A stretch of 64,000 nt of DNA, from NCBI GenBank assembly GCA_938028625.1, contig CALIZB010000003.1, positions 12,103-76,102 of the forward strand. Direction: 5' to 3'. The notes below the pieces were generated by a model. It was not told where the DNA came from and ran no database searches. It was given only the letters and a program-made list of their open reading frames with translations. This document shows positions 58,601 to 64,000 of the stretch, piece by piece. Both the position numbers and the translations under genes were made by a program. Position 1 is the first letter of the stretch. Each line of letters opens with the position of its first letter. The DNA comes from an uncultured Bacteroidia bacterium (GTDB lineage: Bacteria > Bacteroidota > Bacteroidia > JANWVE01).

Positions 58601-59479
58601 AAAGTAAAAGGTAGTATCAGAATAAATGTTAAAACGGTGAGTAATCTGTGTAGCACTGGCTACTAACTCATGCGGACTTTGTCCGTAAAACAAAATATAA
58701 TCTTCGGGATTAAATACATTATCACTTTCACCTACCACAATAATAGGATTTTCTTTCAAGTCATCGGGGGGAGTAGTATTTGCAAGTGTGGGAAGCATGC
58801 TGCCACCATTTCCGAATATCCGTATTTGCTTAGGATTAAGAGAACTTACAGGAAAACCCAAACTTTGTAAATCGTTGTAAGTAAGTTTATAAACACCGTT
58901 TTTAGTAACACCAATCTTTGCCCAATATCCTGATGAAAGTACACTATTGGTAGCATAAGAACGTATTCCCGTAGTGCGCATGGCAGGATTAGAATTATTT
59001 TTAAGAGTATAACTTACTTCAAGATGAGTTAATTTGTAGTATTGTCCATTTTCATATTTGAGTGGGTAGATGCGTAATGTAGCTACTTTTTCTTTGCGAA
59101 TAAAGCCATATTGCTGAATTTGCACAATAGCCGTTTGATTGAGAAAAACGTCATTAGGTTTGAGAGCGGTATATTCATTAGCGTTAGAGAGAACCTGATA
59201 TTCAGAATGTATGACTTGTATCTGTTCAATTTCTTGATTATTAGGAATTTTTATTTGATGTATTAAATAAGGCGCCCATTGTTCCATAGCATCAGGAAAT
59301 TCATGGGCATTGGAAGCGTTTGCAAGGTAAGGTATTTTTTTATTCTCCTGCATGTTCAGATAGGTATACCCTAACCACTTTGGATTAAGCACAAAAGTTT
59401 GTTGTGCAAACAAATCTATCTTATGATAACTAATACCTATGAGCAGAAAAGCTAAATAAAAATATCTTTTGTATAGCAT
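55637..59479 (-). CDS. Peptidase C25 (gingipain-like) family protein with a T9SS CTD. Candidate T9SS sortase PorU.
   Basis: It is 1280 aa with a signal peptide. The C25 catalytic His context is NYAGHGNEEGIGHE and the Cys context is MVTATCEFGRFDDPE. The C-terminal T9SS CTD-like region is GTYIYKLQIRT...KLVIIR. Size and architecture match flavobacterial PorU, but no porV is adjacent. Confidence 0.55.
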   Translation of the reverse strand: MLYKRYFYLAFLLIGISYHKIDLFAQQTFVLNPKWLGYTYLNMQENKKIPYLANASNAHEFPDAMEQWAPYLIHQIKIPNNQEIEQIQVIHSEYQVLSNANEYTALKPNDVFLNQTAIVQIQQYGFIRKEKVATLRIYPLKYENGQYYKLTHLEVSYTLKNNSNPAMRTTGIRSYATNSVLSSGYWAKIGVTKNGVYKLTYNDLQSLGFPVSSLNPKQIRIFGNGGSMLPTLANTTPPDDLKENPIIVVGESDNVFNPEDYILFYGQSPHELVASATQITHRFNIYSDTTFYFITADIPGNGLRIPTTTAITAPATHTFSTYNAYTFFEKDQYSLIKSGKTMFGENFVGQNSYSYMLNTTNLAPNTNLTAYIEMAYRGGGGTMTFSAGSNNVIRNLTPYNPSYVADYASIFNATLTINSNTVTTPELQYTVNFAKNGACDVWTNFIRINYIKNANLNENYVLMTQLSNIASGNIHQYTVENATDATFWDVTDIFNIQSIPYTLSGTTAQFKVDASNRKWIVGFNSNGTQSPMLLGKVANQNLHGMNSAEFFIITHESLIPAAERLAQFHREYDNMTVAVVPVRQIYTEFASGKADVVAIRDFLKMHYDRGVIIPKNVLIMGAAGYSPKINGCMIPTYQSSNSLSPVYSIGFDQFIGALDDVDGKLESSIVDEMDIGVGRFPARNLSEANGMVDKVIRYKTNPEGLGKWRNTVTLLADDMYYEGLVSPPEIAHFNQMEAVTDIIETNYPQYNVNKLYSDSYPVVSTAVGKRRPDVKQKVIEAFTQGTLILNYAGHGNEEGIGHERLFNMPDLSAFTNPVKMPLMVTATCEFGRFDDPEKTSIGIEVFKKSDGGAIALFTTTRLVYASANEILNKNFAKSVFDTMSNGSHYTIGEIYMNSMNLSGLNSTAFALLGDPAMKLNYPEKKASVLKVTGLNTAVTLDTLRALTKIRIEGEVRNNDGSLNTNYNGTLYSTVFDKPATQTTIVEPRTYKSYKNIIFQGKASVNAGKFAFEFVVPKDIDYTFGKGKISLYFENGQVKQDGGGYNIDIVVGGVNPNPPVDNQGPKIELFMNDENFIRGGIVDDTPILIAKIYDENGINTVGTSVGHDITGRLNENSKDNRILNEYFTYELNSYQSGKVNYQMEKLNEGRYSMRVKAWDVFNNSNEAVTEFIVAKSAELALANVLNYPNPFSTHTEFWFEHNRPGELLEVTVQIYTISGRLIKTIQQDVISEGTQVRSIQWDGLDDFGDRIGRGTYIYKLQIRTSKDKKPVSQYQKLVIIR

Positions 59480-59567
59480 ATTTTGAGTACTCTAACACAA
59501 AGATACGAAAAAAAGTGTAATTAAGGCAAGGTAAAAAGAAATGTACCGAAGTTTATGAATTAGCAAA

Positions 59568-60593
59568 TTAGTTATTTTGCTTTCTGACAATTTCTGACAG
59601 CACTTCTAAAAACGCATTTTCTCTTCGTTCTTTGGGATAATTTTGTATAATGTATTCTCTTGCCTTCTGTGGTGTATAATCAGGATTTTTGACAGCTTTG
59701 CGAATAATAGGTGCAATATCCTGCGGATTTCGGGAATCAATGATATACCCTGCATCACCAATAGCTTCGGGTATTCCTCCGCGCTTTGTACCTACGGGAA
59801 TACAACCACAAAGCATAGCTTCGCAAACTGCATTGGGAAGTCCTTCCCGTACAGAAAGCTGTGCATATACACTATGGCTTTGACACAGTTCTATAATTTT
59901 TTCAGGAGGTAAAGTCGGAATGAGAGTAACGTTGTCTGATTTTATCTGTGTAAGATATTCGTACATATTTTCTTTTACACCTGCAATAGTAAACGGAATA
60001 TCTGGCAAAAGTTTAGCTACTTCTATAAGTACATCAATACCTTTGATTTTCATGCGCTTGCATGTATCTGTAACGCTTATGGTAAGTACTGCTTTTTTTT
60101 GTATAAGAAAATTAGGTTTCCATTTTTCGCTGTCAAATCCGAAGGGAATATGTTTTACAATAGCTTTTGTGTCAGGAACATGCGTATAAAGGTCTTGTAT
60201 CAGGGCTTGAGAAACAGAGAATACGTAAGACGCGTATTTTAAGGTAAATTTTGCACAATAACCGCGTATTTTATACAAAAAAACGCCATAGTCGTATTCT
60301 TTTTCTGCGGCTACGTCATAGCCAGCTATCACGGTTATTCGTTTTTTATGGAATATTCGGGCGAACAAAGTGGGCAAAAAACCGTGATAATCTGCAAACC
60401 ATATAAAAACTACTTTACATTGCCATATATGCCATAAAATCCATAGAAACAGTTTTATCTGATATACAAGATGTCCTTTACCAGATACAGCGGCATAATG
60501 AAAACTTTTAACGGTGTATTGTTTATTGAGAAACTCTTCATCTGTACAGACAAAGGTACTGTTCACAGGTTTAATAAACAGAATTTCAGCCAT
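59568..60593 (-). CDS. Glycosyltransferase family 4 (GT-B fold).
   Basis: The donor-binding motif is EGLPNAVCEAMLCGCIPVGT...GIPE. The protein is 341 aa. Confidence 0.7.
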   Translation of the reverse strand: MAEILFIKPVNSTFVCTDEEFLNKQYTVKSFHYAAVSGKGHLVYQIKLFLWILWHIWQCKVVFIWFADYHGFLPTLFARIFHKKRITVIAGYDVAAEKEYDYGVFLYKIRGYCAKFTLKYASYVFSVSQALIQDLYTHVPDTKAIVKHIPFGFDSEKWKPNFLIQKKAVLTISVTDTCKRMKIKGIDVLIEVAKLLPDIPFTIAGVKENMYEYLTQIKSDNVTLIPTLPPEKIIELCQSHSVYAQLSVREGLPNAVCEAMLCGCIPVGTKRGGIPEAIGDAGYIIDSRNPQDIAPIIRKAVKNPDYTPQKAREYIIQNYPKERRENAFLEVLSEIVRKQNN

Positions 60594-60595
60594 TT

Positions 60596-61657
60596 TTAGG
60601 AGATAATTAACATAGCATCACCATAAGCTAAAAACCTATATTTTTCTTTGAGCGCTATTTGATAGGCTTCTGTAATAAGTTCATAGCCTCCGAAAGCACA
60701 AGCCATCATATACATAGTAGAACAACTATCGTGAAAGTTTGTAAAGAATGCATTACATACCCTAAAATCATAAGGAGGGAAGAAAAAGCGGTTTGTCCAG
60801 CCATTATCTATTGCTTGCAAGTTATAAGATGCAGATACAGATGACTCTATGGCACGCAAGGTAGAACAGCCCACAGCACAGATGCGTTTTTTATTTTTCT
60901 TGGCGGTGTTTACTGTTTCTGCCAGTTTTTCGCTAATAAAATAGTTTTCTGAATCCATTTTATGTTTGGTAAGGTCTTCCACTTCTACTTCTGCAAAGCA
61001 CCCCCTACCAAGATACAATGTAACAAAATCCTGATTTACCCCTTGTAGTTCAAGGCGTTTCATAATTTCCTTAGTAAAATGCAATCCTGCTGCTGGGGAG
61101 GCTACTGAACCTAAAGGTTCTTCTTTGGCAAAGATAGTCTGATAGGTTTCTCTGTCCAACTGCTCTGCTTCGCGTTTTTCGGTGATATAATCAGGTAAAG
61201 GCATTAACCCTAGTCTGTCAATTTTTTTATAGAATACCTCGTCATCACCTTCGTACAAAAAACGAATTGTTCTGCCGCGTGAAGTAGTGTTATCCACCAC
61301 TTCGGCTACTAATTCACCGTTTCCAAAATAGAGTTTATTACCTACACGTATCTTGCGCGCGGGGTCTACGAGGACGTCCCACAGACGGTATTCCTTATTG
61401 AGTTCACGCAATAAAAACACTTCAATTTTAGCCTGTGTTTTTTCTTTTGTGCCATAAAGTTTTGCGGGAAAAACTCGGGTATTGTTATAGATTATCACAT
61501 CTCCTTCACCAAAATAATCTAATATGTCTTTGAAGGTTTTGTGTTCTATTTCTTTAGTAGTACGGTTAACAACCATGAGTTTTGACGTTCCTCGTTCTTC
61601 TAACGGATAATATGCAATTTTATTTTTGGGAAGGTCAAAGTAAAACTGGGATAGCTT
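60596..61657 (-). CDS. queA: S-adenosylmethionine:tRNA ribosyltransferase-isomerase.
   Basis: [30 protein letters not shown] matches the QueA N-terminus, and the C-terminal GGYE..A motif region is conserved. The ORF-track start at 61717 adds 20 spurious residues. Confidence 0.85.
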   Translation of the reverse strand, partial: KLSQFYFDLPKNKIAYYPLEERGTSKLMVVNRTTKEIEHKTFKDILDYFGEGDVIIYNNTRVFPAKLYGTKEKTQAKIEVFLLRELNKEYRLWDVLVDPARKIRVGNKLYFGNGELVAEVVDNTTSRGRTIRFLYEGDDEVFYKKIDRLGLMPLPDYITEKREAEQLDRETYQTIFAKEEPLGSVASPAAGLHFTKEIMKRLELQGVNQDFVTLYLGRGCFAEVEVEDLTKHKMDSENYFISEKLAETVNTAKKNKKRICAVGCSTLRAIESSVSASYNLQAIDNGWTNRFFFPPYDFRVCNAFFTNFHDSCSTMYMMACAFGGYELITEAYQIALKEKYRFLAYGDAMLIIS

Positions 61658-61784
61658 CATAATAAAAAGTGCTATGTAATAGCTTACAAATATACAGTGT
61701 TTTATTATGTATAGCAAATTTTATGTTGTAACAGATTGGTTTTGAGTAAGTTTTTCTGAAAAAATATATGTATAAAGTACTTTT

Positions 61785-62480
61785 TTACTGAGCAAACTCT
61801 GTCAGTTGTGAGTAACTATTCAGTGTTCCCTTATCATCATAGTTTTCACTTTTGACCATATCTACCCCTTTGGCTATCCAAGATACTGTTTTATATTTTT
61901 TGGTCATCCCCATAGTTTTCACTTCGGAAGTGTAGCTCATTTTATAGGCTTCAAAAGTTCCTGCGGGAACAGTTACTTTTTCTATGGCTTCTACTTTCCT
62001 ACCCGTTATTTTCATATTAAAAGACATAATTTTCATGCCGTTCATATAGCTTTCTGAACCAAAATTAATATCTTTCAAAGTCTGCCCTGCTATGGCATTA
62101 ACAGGAAAGTCAAAATTATCTCCTGAAAACTTTACTTCTATATTGGTATTGGGAGGCATATCGTTCATACCTTGTCCTGAAAATGCGCGGCTGTCTATCA
62201 TGAGGTTTGTACCATCGCACATTACTTTGGATTTGAATTTGTTGATACTTTTGTTTTTTCCGTCAAGAACCTCATTGTCTAATTCAGCTGTATACTGACT
62301 GCTGTTGTTTTCTACGGAGAGCATTTTTTGCTTTACAGTGGTAGTCAGTTTGTTTTTTCCGTTAAAATGCTGTGTAGTAAAAGATACTCCCTGCTTGAAA
62401 GGGTACAAATCCTGACAGTTCTGACCAAATATAAAAGACCAGGACAGAATACTGATTAAAATACTAATAATAAGTTTCAT
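61785..62480 (-). CDS. Secreted hypothetical protein (231 aa).
   Basis: It has a signal peptide and no recognised motif. Confidence 0.4.
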   Translation of the reverse strand: MKLIISILISILSWSFIFGQNCQDLYPFKQGVSFTTQHFNGKNKLTTTVKQKMLSVENNSSQYTAELDNEVLDGKNKSINKFKSKVMCDGTNLMIDSRAFSGQGMNDMPPNTNIEVKFSGDNFDFPVNAIAGQTLKDINFGSESYMNGMKIMSFNMKITGRKVEAIEKVTVPAGTFEAYKMSYTSEVKTMGMTKKYKTVSWIAKGVDMVKSENYDDKGTLNSYSQLTEFAQ

Positions 62481-62595
62481 AATGCAGTTAGATTATGATG
62501 CAAAGGTAACAGCTTTTATGTTGTATGCACATACTGTCAAAATTTTTTTAAGGCATAAACTTTGTCTAAATAATTTGTTTAGTTTTACATCAGTT

Positions 62596-63438
62596 ATGCA
62601 AGCAGGATTTGATATAGGAAGTACGCTTATTAAGGTGGTCTGGCAAGAAGACGGTCAGTGGCAGTTTGACAGCACAGCCCACCAGCCTTTGGATATTTTA
62701 TTACGTAATTTACAAAGAAAGCAGGTTTCCCGTCTGCATATTACAGGAATTGGCTTAAACCATGTTCCGCTCATCAAAGGATTTGAACTGCGCAAAAGAA
62801 AAGGTGATGCCATAATGGCAGAACTTTTAAATCAAGTGGCAGGCGTAAATTACTTATTGGCACAGCAGAATAAATCTCATGTTCAGGATTATCTGCTCGT
62901 TTCCATAGGCACAGGTACATCTTACACACGGGTACGAGGTGCAAGTGTGCGTAAATTTCCGTTAGGAAATGCTTTGGCAGGAGGCTTTTTATACGGTATG
63001 AGCAAATTTATGGGTTATGCTAACTATAATGATTTTTTAAACATTGCCAAAGAAGGCAAGTTAGAGAATGTAGAACTCTTACTCAAAGATAAAATAGCTG
63101 AAACCGCTTTAAAACCCGAAGGAAATTTATTAGTAGCTCATTTAGCCAAAGCACAAACAGATACCCCGAAATCTGATGTGCAAATAGGTTTTTTGAATAT
63201 GATTGCTATCGGAGTAGTTCGTGATATTTTGCTTATAGACCTAATTCCTGAATTTTCAGGTATTAAGCAGATAGTATGCATAGGTTCTAATACGGAAAGT
63301 GACAGTCCGCTCAGAACGCTTCTTATGCAATACAAAGACTTTATGCAGAAAGAACTTGTTTTTATACAGCATGGTGCTTATGCCAATGCACTCGGAGCAT
63401 ACCATTTGGACTGGAACTCTATGGAAAAAATAAATTAA
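62596..63438 (+). CDS. coaW: Type II pantothenate kinase (CoaW / Fumble-type).
   Basis: It aligns motif-by-motif with staphylococcal CoaW: GFDIGSTLIKVV (GIDAGGTLIKIV), VSIGTGTSYTRV (ANVGTGTSLHY), GNALAGGFLYGM and QHGAYANALGAYHL (ENGAFSGAIGALYL). The ORF-track start at 62482 adds a non-homologous extension. Confidence 0.75.
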   Translation: MQAGFDIGSTLIKVVWQEDGQWQFDSTAHQPLDILLRNLQRKQVSRLHITGIGLNHVPLIKGFELRKRKGDAIMAELLNQVAGVNYLLAQQNKSHVQDYLLVSIGTGTSYTRVRGASVRKFPLGNALAGGFLYGMSKFMGYANYNDFLNIAKEGKLENVELLLKDKIAETALKPEGNLLVAHLAKAQTDTPKSDVQIGFLNMIAIGVVRDILLIDLIPEFSGIKQIVCIGSNTESDSPLRTLLMQYKDFMQKELVFIQHGAYANALGAYHLDWNSMEKIN

Positions 63439-63440
63439 TT

Positions 63441-64000
63441 TTAATTTTTCTTCTGACCAATTACTGCCTGATAAAATTCTATCGTTTTTTGAGTAATGGC
63501 TTGCCAATCATAGCATTTTTTTACGGTTTGTAAAGCGTTTTGAGCGAGTTTTTGTTTTAGTTCTTGATTCTCAAAACAGCGTTTAATCTGCGTAATAAAC
63601 TCTCCTGGTGTATTAGCAATAAGAATATCCTGTTCAGGCATAACCTGAATGCCTTCCGCACCTATACTGGTACTTATGATTACTTTTTGCATAGCCATGC
63701 CTTCAATGATTTTAATGCGCATACCTCCTCCGCTAAGTAATGGAACGAGCATAATCTCAAAAGACTGCATAAAATCACGGGCAGAGGGCACATTTCCATA
63801 CACCAATACATTACTTTCATCATGCAGATTAAGTATCTCCTGCGGGGGATTTTTACCCCCGATATACAGTTTTACATCAGGAATTTCTTGTTTTAATTGT
63901 GTAAATACTTTATGATAAAACCACAATACGGCTTCTACATTCGGCATCCAGTCCAAACTGCCAAACAAGAAAAGAGAATTAGGCAGAGTTTCTATTTGAG
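63441..64000 (-). CDS. Glycosyltransferase family 1 (GT-B), C-terminal part. The N-terminus lies beyond the window end.
   Basis: It has the GT1 C-terminal domain with the E...E donor-binding region. The frame stays open upstream of the TTG called by the ORF track, all the way to position 64000. Confidence 0.6.
   Translation of the reverse strand, partial: QIETLPNSLFLFGSLDWMPNVEAVLWFYHKVFTQLKQEIPDVKLYIGGKNPPQEILNLHDESNVLVYGNVPSARDFMQSFEIMLVPLLSGGGMRIKIIEGMAMQKVIISTSIGAEGIQVMPEQDILIANTPGEFITQIKRCFENQELKQKLAQNALQTVKKCYDWQAITQKTIEFYQAVIGQKKN

Overview
This is an AT-rich Bacteroidota chromosomal segment, judged by T9SS cargo proteins, PorP/SprF, a GldK-like lipoprotein, a PorU-like C25 peptidase, gliding-type CTDs and TAnnTTTG promoter motifs. 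Most of it is housekeeping: gyrB, recF-DUF721, dnaX, hemL, hpt, pdhA, aroA, gpsA, ribE, queA, rsmA, plsC, coaW, DPP-IV, an M61 peptidase and a tRNA Gly-Leu-Gly cluster. Several accessory insertions are scattered through it. (1) A single-gene fused ABC-ATPase plus Toprim-like protein of the OLD / PARIS-AriAB type sits between two peptidase genes (2651..4345). (2) A paralogous split module, an AAA_21 ATPase plus a DUF4276 Toprim-like partner (17719..20259), has its DUF4276 gene broken by an in-frame TAA and by an IS1-family insertion (19433..20181) that has clean 21-bp inverted repeats, an 8-bp target duplication and an A8 frameshift site. (3) A two-gene operon encodes a TIR-like (DUF1863-type) protein with a C-terminal TM anchor, overlapping a PIN-domain protein, directly downstream of the PorU-like gene (54401..55632). 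This is the strongest candidate here for an undescribed defence or toxin pair. (4) A secreted 978-aa TPR-CHAT caspase-like protein is followed by an unusual GC-rich structured repeat island. (5) A PD-(D/E)XK AAA-ATPase is present. Also noted are a second GC-rich island next to the tRNAs, a decayed T9SS cargo pseudogene, a frameshifted small gene, and a truncated porP-gldK arrangement. No CRISPR array, integrase or prophage was seen. All calls rest on motif-level reading of the translations; no database search was possible.
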